DNA of 64,000 nt from Azolla caroliniana (taxonomy: Eukaryota; Plantae; Polypodiophyta): contig JBHGNT010000008.1 of the NCBI GenBank assembly GCA_043228905.1, positions 21,452,001-21,516,000 of the forward strand. Reading direction: 5' to 3'. Positions within the stretch are counted from its first letter, which is position 1. Each line of letters opens with the position of its first letter. Under the pieces are notes generated by a model, which saw only the letters and a program-made list of their open reading frames with translations, was not told the origin of the DNA and searched no databases. Made by a program: the position numbers and the translations under genes. Below, one piece after another: positions 19,582 through 31,561 of the stretch.

Positions 19582-20249
19582 CGATATTTATCAGATTCAA
19601 TAGTATGTAGATTACGCGTAAGGATAGTTTCATATGTAAATCACCGACCCACGAACCATTTGTCAGGAAGACTCTCCAAGTGGCCCTTACATTTCAACCC
19701 CATCTTACTTAAGGGACACATATATGTATGAAAAGGGGAATCCTTCCCTTGTATTATGCACATATGCTACTATAACCGCATTGAAAACTACTCACGTATA
19801 AAGTTATGTAAAAAAATGTGAATTATCAATTCGATAATCCATAAGGACGTCTTGTGAAGTATGCAAAAACATGCAAATGTGGTGGATTGTTTCACCCAAG
19901 CATATGTAAAAAGATAATGATCTCCTCAAGGTTCTCAAATTTAGAATCAATGCAATCACAACTTATGTAGATGAAATATTTTATAATAAGCATGGATTTA
20001 TGCAAAGTGCCCTATTTGGTGTTGATTGATTATTCAAGAAAAAGTAGTTGTCCTTGAAATGCTTCGCTTTCAATAGTCCAAGGCATAACTTAGTATTTTT
20101 GTTTCCAAATGTGCTTATGAGTATTGTTTTAACTTATAAGTATATACATTTGTGTGCTAGATGATTACATATGTATTTACATACAATATGAAGTCTTTAT
20201 GTTTGACAATCACATTAGAGACATTGGATCCACGAGACCATGACCACAT

Positions 20250-21200
20250 TCTACACATGACCTTTTGAGGGAATGTTTTTGAAATGCAAATATAAAAGTT
20301 AATGGATTTTATGAAGCCCAAATCTTAACAAAAAGAGGTACTTGGTGATTTTAACATTATATTTGACAACACCATGTCATAAAAGAATAAAAGCATGGCA
20401 TCCATGCACTGCCCATGTAAAGCCCATCTTGAGAATTAAATATCATGGAAATTACATTGCTTTTTATATTATTATACAATTATGTACTATGTACGTTGCA
20501 TAATTATAACATGACATCTTTAACAATTGCAACAACAAATCAATTTGAAGTAACTTGTGGAGCTCTAGTATTATGGTTATATATTCAAGCAATCATGATC
20601 CAATGTAATGATTTAGACGTTTTTGTTGAACTTAAAACAATCAATGTGTTGAAAAAAGGATTGCCAAAGTGGTCTACCATTTCTATTGTGAGCTTAACCA
20701 TTAGATTTTGTGAATAAAGCATGCAATCCAAAGCCCAAAGCTTGTTATTAATATCCAATCATGTAATAGTCTTTGTAATTCTAACAATCTGTTAGTTTAA
20801 GAAATTGTGAATGATGAAATGGAAGAGTTGAGGGATAAACAATATCATAAGGCGATGCTCTTCTATGAAGATGACATGTTCGTGTTTGTGTGCATGACAA
20901 AATCAAGAACTACATAGTTTGCGGAAGATGGCACAAGCTGTCAACACCAAACACAAGACATTTACATACTAATTGTAACGATATCAAACAAGGTTTTAGA
21001 TGGAAGGAATGATTGCATTGATGCTTGGCCGAGAGAGGCATTACCACTCCTTTATTCACTTGAGTAAAGTCCCCGTGCAATACCATTTAGGACTCAAATG
21101 CCTAATTGTCGGAATGGAACATGCCATGATCATGCTCATGCTCATGTACATCACCCCGAAGTTCTTTGTATGCTTTCATCCACACATAATTTCCTAAAAT
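20250..21200 (+). mobile_element. Highly degraded non-LTR (LINE) retrotransposon remnant
   Basis: CTT GGT GAT TTT AAC (LGDFN, endonuclease motif) at ~20341 and ATG CTC TTC TAT GAA GAT GAC (MLFYEDD, decayed YADD) at ~20855, in the expected order. No intact ORF; boundaries approximate. Confidence 0.5.
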
Positions 21201-22026
21201 TTGAGGACTAGATGATCACCAAAGTATATCCAAGTCAAAATTCTATGATTCTACCTGTGTGTCTGGAAAGTAACATTTCGCAATAGTTACCCAACCAAAC
21301 TTGACCATACGATTTAATTTAGATGTGGCATTTCCTTTTCCATGCCAATGCAAAAGTCATAAGTTTGTGAGAATCTCAATTTGTAGAGACAAACTAGTCC
21401 TTTGCAATTTTACCTCGATGAATGCAAAATGTTTCACCTACCTCAACCTTTATTAGCATGAGACTAGTAAGTGTTGAAGCATAACAAACTACGGATTTGA
21501 TTGATAAAGTACATTTATACGACGCCATCAAGGGGTTTCAATCCTAATTTTACCAAGCTAGATACCAAACATTTTTTGCAAATATCATCATTTCTATGGA
21601 CCAAAACATCAGATTAAAACCAAGATTGATTCTGCATGTTCTCACAACTGAGTGCCGCTATGCAAGATTCTTGCCCCTAGAGGAGTTAACTTTATGTGAA
21701 CTGTTCTTGAAACCTTTTATCTTGTCATAAAGATACCCGTTATATTAGTAGGGTCCACAATGGATTTTGGTTTAATATAACGATACATGCATTGTGAAAG
21801 AAAGTAAAGAAAAAAGAAAATCCGATTGATTCTCTATTCTCCATTTCATGAGGAAATCAAGGAATCGCTTTTTCGACTACAGATGTAGAGGTGTGCTGAT
21901 TTGGAAGAGATCATCAAGCATACACTTTCTAATCTTCGAGTAGTCAAATAAAATCAGAAACGTGTAATTGCAAATTTCTTGAAAAGACATACTAGCATTC
22001 GTCTCCCAATCGATCAAAAACATGTT

Positions 22027-22142
22027 ACATACGTACGTACATACATACATACATACATACATACATACATACATACATACATACATACATACATACATAC
22101 ATACATACATACATACATACATACATACATACATACATACAT

Positions 22143-22229
<87 letters not shown>

Positions 22230-22376
22230 TACATACACACATGCACACACACACACACACACACACACATACATACATACATACATACATACATACATAC
22301 ATACATACATACATACATACATACATACATACATACATTATTACATACATACACACACACACACACACACATACAT
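22027..22376. repeat. Compound (TACA)n/(CA)n microsatellite
   Basis: Direct reading. Confidence 0.97.
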
Positions 22377-22659
22377 AAGTCTATTATGAAATGCCCCCAA
22401 ACATGCATGCTATCATTGATCATCGAGAAGACAATCATTGAGAAACATGTCAATGGAAAGCGTCCGAAATTAAATGCAGGCCAGTCGGAGTTGGTAGGGA
22501 AGAAGGAGAAGCCGGTGGATATTTCTCTGCCAATTTGTGGATTATATCATCTTTGGCAAAGATAGCTAGGGATGACCATCCATTCCTCTAAAGAGCAAGG
22601 GGCTACTTTTGTAAATTACTCTAAAAATAGAGTGGAAAGAGCAAACCAAACACACAAGC

Positions 22660-22801
22660 AAAAACAGAGCATCTCTAAAACACATACATGTACAAGGAAA
22701 TGAATGACAAAGAAAAAACAGAGCATCTCTAAAATACATACATATACAAGAAATGAATAACAAAGAAAAAACAGAGAAGAAAAAAAAAAACAGAGTATCT
22801 C
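22660..22801. repeat. 54-bp tandem repeat (2 full units plus a partial) upstream of the uncharacterised gene
   Basis: AAAACAGAGCATCTCTAAAA..CATACAT.TACAAG.AAATGAAT.ACAAAG at 22661 and 22715. Confidence 0.85.
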
Positions 22802-23055
22802 CTCCTCTTAAAAGGACAGAAAGGGGGAAAAAAAAAAGCAAACAACCAAAACAAACATGTGTATCTAAATTTCTTCTACCTTTTTGTTCTCCTTGGATCT
22901 GTTGATTTCTTCTCTTTTTCTTCTTTTTCTTCAATATATTCATGTGTTGAACCTATGTTTCAATCTGCTCTGTGTTTTCCTATTATGTATATGAATGCCT
23001 TTTGTTTTGTTTAACTCACAATCCATCCCCTGTTTTTGTTTTGGCTCTCAATAGT

Positions 23056-25257
23056 ATGGAACCTGGAGATACAACCCCCATACAAGGTACTCATATTTTC
23101 TTTTCCAATCTATTTCTCACCCTTCTTATCTTCTTCTGATCTTTCAACTCAAATGATCATTTACCCTTATGTTGCAACCTCATTTATAGATTTTGTGCTG
23201 TGTTTGATGCCATATTATGCTGAGATCTGATTGAATTTTTCATTTCCCGAATTTCAACAAGATGGCCGTCGTAGGCGATCAAGTATCGGCTTGGAGCGCG
23301 GCCTTGGATGCCTTTCATTGCTCCATGGAGGTTATAAATTTCTCTTTTTTCTTTTAATCTTTGATTGTCTTATTCTTTTCAAATTTTAGCATCCCAGAGC
23401 TTAACCTCTAATTGCAATATGTTTTCTTAATCTCTTGGATTGAATCCAAAAACATATGAGTTACTCTGGTAACTATCATTTCAAGAACTGTCATTTGTGG
23501 ATTTTGTTCTAAATTATGAATGAAATACACATTTGTTTGATTTGATATGTTTACCCTCCCCTTCCTTTAAACAGTAGATCTTTTTATCCATAAAACATAA
23601 ATGAGTGAAAAGAAAACCCCATTGCCATGGTTTCATATCTATGATACTAATAGTGCTCAATCTTATGATGCAGATGAACAACATCTAGAAATCAGGTCTC
23701 GTGGATCACGGAGATTGGCAGGTTTTGATTGAAATCTCTATTCTAAATCTTCTTTTGCTTCTAACTATTTGCACATGTGATTGCTTGTAAAGTCACCCAG
23801 GAACTTGCATTTCCTGACATTATAGCAATTTTGCATGGAAATAATATGTGTGTGCTGTCTAGGGCTTATTTTCAAAGTCTCGAAAAGATACAAATTTCTG
23901 GTCTTGAAAGATTCTCCCTGTATATGCATGGGTAATATGAGATCATAAATTTGGGTTTTCACGTGCAGGATTGACCAGTGAACCCTCAACAACATTTTTT
24001 CATCTATAATGAACTCAATACATGGGTTTAATATGAGACCATAAATTTGGGTTTTCACATGCAGGATTGACCAGTGAAGCCTCAACAACATTTCCTAGTG
24101 TGCAACCAAAGCCTGTGATTCAACCACATAGGCCACGCGCTATTCTATCAAGTCCTGGTATGTATGTAGTCATCATAGACCATGTCAGTGGAAAGTATAG
24201 CAGTTTGTTTTAGCTATTTCTTCATCTTTTGTTGTAAAAGATTGCATATGTATCTCATGGTCTCTTTGAATGCTTGTCATATGAATTTATATTTTCGGTC
24301 TCTTTACACTTCAGAGAATGACGAATTAAGTCCCGAGAGAGAAGACGAGAGAGTGAAATTTCCATCGAAGAGTATTGTACAAAAGGCTTTGTCATCTAAA
24401 GCCTGGAGCTTTTCTTCTCTTAGAGAGGATCTTTCAAAGTCCCCGCAACCCCCCCGAGAGAAGAATGTTACACCCCGATCGGCACTCTCAATGGAAGTCG
24501 AGAAGACGCCTTATTTCCCGCTAGAAGAGGTCTGGAAAGGTCCATCATTCCGTATGGAACTTGAAAAGATCACGCTTTTGTCTTTGGAGAAAGCTCCAAA
24601 AGCTCCGAAAGCTCCGCCTTCACCTTTTGAAAGTCCAGATGCTTCCATCTCGGAAGAATTTGAGCGTCCATTTGCATCCATTTCAGATGAATGCAAGCGT
24701 CCATTCGCATCCATTTCGGATGAAGAATGTGAGCATCCATTTGTTTCGGTCTTGGATGAAGAGGCAAGAAGTATGATCAATGCTTCTTCTTGTTCCCGGA
24801 ATAATGAGGCAACATCCGACAATTCATTTTACGATTGCCGTAATAGAGAAATAATACTCCAAGAAGGATATGCACCTTCAATCGAGGTAACAAAGGATAT
24901 TGAAGAGAGCAAAAAAACACTCACTATAAATGTAAAGAAACAAGAACCCCTGGATCAGAACACATCTGTGATCAACAGTCGCAGGAGAAGCGAAGCTGAT
25001 GAGAACCGAACAAATATGAAAGCGGCGAATGGAATCATCGGGAAAAAGCTAAATAGCTTACCTTCAAGTCCTTTCAATAGAGGTGCAAAACAGGTGAGAT
25101 CTAAGTGTTCATAGTAGTCCATAAAAAAAAATAAAAAAATTTCAACAGATTGATTGGATTTCTATCCTTCTTACATCATGTTTTTTCGTCTGTCTTTCTG
25201 TAGCATACACCAACAACCAAGACGACGTCTGGCAAGGTTGTTAGGCCCTGGTACTAA
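23056..25257 (+). CDS. Uncharacterised, largely low-complexity plant protein with an RPRAILSSPEND motif, 6 coding exons, ~357 aa
   Basis: GT-AG exons 23056-23086, 23262-23330, 23674-23721, 24065-24157, 24315-25093, 25204-25257 join in frame (phases 1,1,1,1,0): MEPGDTTPIQDGRRRRSSIG...HRPRAILSSPENDELSP...KVVRPWY*. Exon 5 lies inside the 310-aa ORF of the track. Confidence 0.75.
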
Positions 25258-26633
25258 CATTCATATAATCTTATATCGATTTATTGTAACCTATATTTAT
25301 CTGTATGTATGTATGTATTCAAATAGTGTGATCCTTGTGATTTTTGTATCATAAGTCACCCACTGAGAGAAGGTACATAATTGTAAGTGGTAAAGCTTCC
25401 TAGATTCACACGATGTAATCGACAGAAAAATAATCTGCCGTTAACCTTTTTTTTTGTAACTTATTTTGCTACTAGTTATTCGATGAAAGACTGCGGTGTG
25501 CAATAATATGTTTATGGAAAGAATTTTTATTATGATTCTGGATTCATTTTTGGTTCTTCATTTGAGTTCAAGCTTTTTCTTATGTGTGTGTGATCACTAC
25601 ATTCATTTGGTGGTGCATTGAGCAAATTCCGAAAGCAATTGAATTGGGATTAATTTACAAGCTCTAATCTAAATCCTTGTCACTTTTGAAGCAAATGAAT
25701 AGAATTTCAGTTCCCCACTTGATCAATATTTCAAAGTTAACAAAATTAGATATAACAGTGTGTATAATAAGGCTTTTTTATTTGAGGGTAGACACGTAAT
25801 CTTAATCTTAAAACTCATTGCACTACTCGTGAACTGGCTGTGAATTAGTAGTGATCATTGCCAAAGATTCGATGAAGACGACAAATTGATTGTATATTGA
25901 TTGGTATAAGTTAAAACGGAGAATTTGCAATGCTACCTCAAGAACTTCCAAAAACTATTGGATTGCTAACAGTTATGAAGGAGATTCTATTGTGCTATTC
26001 TTGGTGAATAACCAATCCGTAAAAAAGCATAAGTACAAGATTGCCTTATCGTTCACCAAATGGAAATATTTGAAGGAAAATGTCAATTATAATACCCCAT
26101 TGTTATCAAAAGTATCCACTAAATATACGCTTCATCAATAAGTGTTGCCTTGTTGTAGACTAATTTCAAAGTATACCCCTAGGCCCTTGTTACAAGGGGG
26201 CAATATCAGAAGTGTTGCCCCTCGATAGTTTTGAAAGCGTCCTTGAATGCGCTCGCATCGACGAAAAGAAGGAAAATAGATCACATGATTGGCATATACT
26301 TAATACGATTATTACACAATCAACACATGCTTAGTGAAGTCCTTACACGATTGATAATGTACGTGATAAAAGTGATGACATGATCGAAGAATACCGGCTA
26401 AAGTTGCGATGCTAGTCTGAATCAGGAAAGCCACTCAAATTTTCATTCCACTGAAGATCATTAGACTCAAAACCTAGGAGGAAGGGTAGTTTTTTGGTGG
26501 GTTTTCAGGAGAAGTATGAGAAGGGTATGATTGGAATTTTGAGAAACAGAGTAATGATGGTAGGTAGGTAGATCCAAGGATTAGAATGTAGTCTGCTTCA
26601 AAGTTCTGAGGGAAGGAAAGACAGAGGAGAGGT

Positions 26634-29431
26634 ATGGAGAAAACAGAGGAGTATGCAGCATCCTTGCAATCTATAGAAGAAGCCCAAGAAAGGATTCGCC
26701 CTTTTGCCCACATCACGCCATTGCTCACTTCCTCCTCCCTCGATGGCCTCTCAGGAAGAAACCTCTACTTCAAATGCGAAACCTTCCAGAAAGGGTATGT
26801 ATATGTGACATCTATTTAATGTCTCCTTGTTGAGTTTCAATTCAACTGTTACGTATGTGTGTATGTGTTTATGTATGTATGAATGTTTGAATGTATGAAT
26901 GTATGAATGCATGCATGCATGTATGAATTTTACGTTATGTTATGTATGAATGTGTGAATGTGTGAATGTATGAATGTATGAGTGCATGAGTGCATGCATG
27001 TATGTATGTATCTTATATTTTGTTATATTATGTTATGTTATGTATGAATGTGTGAATGTATGAATGTATGAATGTATGAATGTATGAATGTATGAGTGCA
27101 TGCATGTATGTATGTATGTTATATTTTGTTATATTATGTTATGTATGTATGTTATGTTATGTGATGTTATGTGATGTTATGTTATGTTATGTATGTTATG
27201 TTATGTTATGTTATGTTATGTTATGTATGTTATGTTATGTTATGTATGTTATGTATGTATGTATGTGATGTGATGTGATGTTATGTTATGTTATGTTATG
27301 TATGTATGTATGTATTTTATGTTATGTTATGTTATGTTATGTATGTATGTATGTATGTATGTATGTATGTATGTATGTATGTATGTATGTATGTATGTTA
27401 TGTTATGTTATGTTATGTTATGTTATGTTATGTATGTATGTATGTAGGTAGGTAGGTAGGTATATACGTATGTTAGTATATATTCACGTGTAAATGGTGC
27501 TCCTCCTTTTCTTCATGATTGTCTTCTTCTGTCAAACCTTCAGTGTTTTTGCAGTGGAGCTTTCAAGTTCAGGGGAGCATCTAATGCAATCTTTTCTCTG
27601 TCGGAAGGAGAAGCAAGAAATGGTGTCCTCACTCACAGCAGGTTAGAAATTTTTTAATTCTTTCTTTAAGTCTGCATACATTATTACAATGGTTTAACAT
27701 GTGATCAACCTTTTACTCTTTGCGTAAATTCTATATTTGTGCTCTAAATCTAAGAGATATCAACTTTCTTTTCTATTTCGAGTAATCAATCGACATCAAT
27801 GCTTTTGTAGTGGGAACCATGCTGCCGCAGTGGCTTTGGCCGCAAAGATGAGAAATATTCCTGCATATATTGTGATGCCTAATAATGCGCCTAAATGCAA
27901 GATCGAAAATGTGAAACGGTACGGAGGAAAGATCTTCTTTTGTGAACCAACTCTCGAATCGAGAGAACATGAGGCGCGTAATGTGCAAGAACAAACTGGT
28001 GCTACTATGGTCCATCCTTACAATGATGGTCATATCATAAGGCAAGGGACTTAATGTTTTTATCTAATCTTTCCCAGAATGACATTTTTATGTAACCTAT
28101 TTTTGTAAATTTGAATGGCACTTTTGGGAACTATGGAAAACTAGAGCAGCATTTTGAATATTTTCCGCTTCTTTTCTTCTTTTTCTCACTTTGTTGTGTG
28201 TATTGTCATTTGAAGTGGTCAGGGTACTATTGCTTTGGAATTACTTCAGCAGGTACCGCAACTTGATGCCATCATTGTTCCAATAAGTGGTAAAAAAATC
28301 ACTGAATAATCAAAATATGCATGAATTTGATGTGAATATTCATTGTTCCAAGTTAATGGTAAAAGACCACGCATAATCAAAACATACATGAGTCTGAATC
28401 GAATTTTCATCCTCTTGAGTTTAATATGCCTAGAACATGTACTTTGTTAGTGTAAAGTCCTTCTTTTCTTCTCTTAGTGGGGGCTCGATGGCCATACGTA
28501 GAGCATAGTAGCCAGGATTTCTGCATCGTAAAAAATGTATAAAATACTTTAGCTTTATGATGCAATTCGACTTGGCTGCATCGTTGTAGTTAAAAAAACA
28601 AGCATGAGTGTAAAGAAATATTTCATTGAAGTATAAGAAAAGTGATGATGGAATGTCATTACACATTCGCTTCATTTCATTTCAGGTTTTAACGTTTGGA
28701 TGTTCTCTCGCTGAATTCGTTTCACATTTGAATATGTGAGCAGGCGGTGGCCTGATATCAGGCATTACTGTTGCGGCAAAAGCACTGAAGCCCAGTATCC
28801 AGGTGTTTGCCGCTGAACCTAAAGGTGCCGATGATGCCGCGCAGTCCAAAGCCGCTGGGAAATTCATAACCTTGGCTCATACCAATACAATTGCAGATGG
28901 TTTAAGGTCATGGATGGGCTCTCTTACATGGTATGTAATGTAAGGATCTCAGGGTGGTTTAAAGATTTACAATTAGATTTTAGTTTCGACAATCCCTGAT
29001 AATATAATGGTATAGCTAGTTTAGGTTGGTTTATAGCCATTTTTTGTATAATGGTATAACTAGTTTATTCCAAACCATCCGTGGTATGTAATGTAACGTG
29101 AGGGTTTAGGGTTTTATAGCTTCTTTGTATATTTAGGCAATGCATAATAACATGTATAGGGTTTCTTTGCTTTTTTATCAGGCCAATCTTCCGTGATATG
29201 GTAGATGCTGTGATAACTGTTGAAGAGGAAGAGATCGTGAATGCCATGCGGATGTGTTATGAAAGGCTAAAAGTGGTAGTAGAGCCAAGTGGGGCCGTGG
29301 GATTAGCTGCAGTTCTGTCGGAACAGTTTGAAATGGAAGCATCCAAAGGAACCCTTCAACATGTTGGAATCGTGCTTTCAGGGGGTAATGTAGATCTCTC
29401 CGCGCTTGGCATCTTCTTCCAAGACATTTGA
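26634..29431 (+). CDS. SR: Serine racemase (PLP fold type II), 6 exons, ~329 aa
   Basis: Exons 26634-26794, 27555-27641, 27811-28041, 28216-28289, 28744-28930, 29182-29431. Motifs FKCETFQKGGAFKFRGA (PLP lysine), THSSGNHA, HPYNDGHIISGQGTIALE, VPISGGGLISG, AEPKGADDA, TIADGLR, VVEPSGAVGLAA, LSGGNVDL. Intron 3 is GC-AG. Confidence 0.95.
26852..27465. repeat. Compound microsatellite mosaic (TGAATG / TATGT / TATG / TAGG) filling serine racemase intron 1
   Basis: Direct reading. Confidence 0.95.
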
Positions 29432-30840
29432 AGTGAAAGTAATCTCAAGATCGAATGTGAACTTCCCATCGATTGAATGGATTAACATCTCAATTAACTT
29501 CCCATCAATCGACTATTGTTTTTCATATCTCAAGAGGTAAACTGGTGCGACAAGTTAATGGATTATATCATTTTTTTCACGGAAGTATCTTGCTTCTAAG
29601 CTCTACATTCTTTATCATTGGCAATCCATTGGATTGTGAGCATCTATACGAACTACAATACTTTAACACAATCTTCTCCCTAGAACTCTTGCAATCTGAG
29701 GTACAAACAACACAATGATGAGCTAAGAAACTCTGATGATGATGACATCTTATGATTCAAGTGATGCTATGGCCATTCGAGTGAAGGATGCATGCCTACA
29801 ATTACTGTGAACTTTTGAATGACTACCAATTAGCGAGGACTTATGTTAATCATGAATTTCTTCCTAGTGTCCATTCTCCTAGGCATATGACATGGTTATG
29901 AATGGTCGATGAAATTTAAGTTTAGATTGCATTTGATATAAGGTTATGCATGGTCTAATGGCTTTCAAAGATATATGAATGTAATTTCATTATGAACTTG
30001 GTTTGCAACTTGATCAAATGTCGGCTTTATGTAAGTGTACAAAAGGTCCTAAATGTTTCTTGGTTTGGCTTACTTCTAAGGATAATATCGAAACAAAGAA
30101 ATGGCATTTACAAACACTCGGTGCTATTAAGTGGTTGTTGGAGCATTGTGAATAACCATTCATATAAAAGAAACCATCAAGACAATGTTCCATATAAGGT
30201 CGTTGAGATTGATTTACATCAAAGTAAAGGCGAGAATGAGCCCCCAGTGATGTGGAATGAATCTTTCATTTCTTCATTTGTAGATGAAAGAAAGCGTCCC
30301 ATTTGACTCCCAAGGGTGTGGTTCACCTTACTTCGTACAATAGATAAGGCATGTCTCACGCCCAAATAATGAGACCATAGATTCTTTTTGACATTCCACA
30401 ATGTGATTCTAAGGTAGATAGATTCTTCTTAACATTCCACAATTGCCATGTGGAGGTAACAATGATGGATCACTAGCCTCGAGCTCTCTAAAAGGCATTG
30501 AGTGTGCATTAGAATACCTATGAGAATGGTTTATGATAACTCCCCATCATATGGTTAAATGAACATGCATCACATGTATCAATCGAAGTGTTCTTTACCA
30601 AGAAAAGAAGCATCTGTGGCAGGTTCGAGCACGAAACCAACGCATGCATAGTAAGTTCGATGTTGGCACACAGTTGATCGATCACATGCAGTACAATGTG
30701 GGGATCGAATCAAGGGGTAGTGAAACCTTCAGAGAGACAAAAAAAACTATATGTCTGAAGGTTTAACTAATGAACCACTAGGATGAACAACTTGGGAGAT
30801 CGAGAGGGGAGTTTTTGCATGCATGGCACATGCCTCTTAC

Positions 30841-31380
30841 TCTTCTTCTTCTTCTTCTTCTTCTTCTGGTAGGAGGGCAATTTGTGTAATTATCAGACAC
30901 TTGAGTTAATTTTCTTCTTCTAGTAAGAGGGCAGTTTGTGTAATTACCAAACACTTTGAGTTAATTTTCTTCTTCTTCTTTTGGCAAGAGGAGGGCAGTA
31001 TGTGTAATTAACAAAAACTTTAGTTAATTTTCTTCTTCTTCTTCTAGCAAGAGGAGGGCAGTTTGCATAATAATCAGACACTTGAGTTAATTTTCTTCTT
31101 CTTCTTCTTCTGGCAAGAGGAGGGCAGTTTGTGTAATTAACAGAAACATGAGTTCATTTTCATCTTCTTCTTCTGGCAAGAGGAGGGCAGTATGTGTAAT
31201 TAACAAAAACGTTAGTTAATTTTCTTCTTCTTCTTCTTCTTCTTCTTCTTCTTTTGGTAAGAGTAGGGCAGTTTGTGTAATTAACAGAAACTTGAGTTCA
31301 TTTTCTTCTTCTTCTTCTTCTTCTTCTTTTGGTAAGAGGAGGGCAGTTTGTGTAATTATCAGAAACTTGAGCTCATTTTC
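30841..31380. repeat. 8-unit tandem array: conserved ~50-bp core separated by variable (CTT)n, immediately upstream of mtACP
   Basis: Core TGG(C/T)AAGAGGAGGGCAGTTTGTGTAATTAACAGAAACTTGAGTT(A/C)ATTTT is repeated 8 times with (CTT)n tracts of differing length. Confidence 0.92.
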
Positions 31381-31425
31381 CCTGTGTCAAAAAATAAACC
31401 CCTGTTTTTTGGCCTCTGTATTTTT

Positions 31426-31442
31426 TAGGGTTTCTGTGGGCC
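31426..31442 (+). promoter_or_regulatory. Telo-box (TAGGGTTT) adjacent to a site II element (TGGGCC)
   Basis: TAGGGTTT at 31426-31433 and TGGGCC at 31437-31442, ~120 bp before the ATG. Telo-box/site II pairing is established for plant translation genes, and site II for respiratory-chain genes. Confidence 0.6.
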
Positions 31443-31561
31443 TGCTCAGAGAAGAAGAACAGAGGAACCCCGCAGAGAGAGAGAGAGAGAGAAGAAGAAG
31501 AGCAGAGAACAATCAGACAAGAAGAGCAGAGGACGATCCTCCCCCTTCGAGAACCGAGACA

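Noticed and set aside
21877-22453. Long ORFs such as MYVC/HTYI repeats (also at 1254-1692, 14788-15074, 27080-27268)
   Set aside because: They are translations of microsatellites that lack stop codons.
24182-24314. N-terminus of the 310-aa ORF (MSVESIAVCF...)
   Set aside because: It is T-rich intron sequence ending in TTCAG at 24314; the spliced model restores the RPRAILSSPEND motif.
30841-31380. CRISPR-like repeat/spacer appearance
   Set aside because: The spacers are only (CTT)n rather than unique sequence, the repeats are degenerate, there are no cas genes, and the context is eukaryotic.
31292-31561. Upstream in-frame extension of the ACP ORF from a TTG start
   Set aside because: It derives from the repeat array and the GA-rich 5'UTR; the ATG at 31562 begins a typical mitochondrial presequence.
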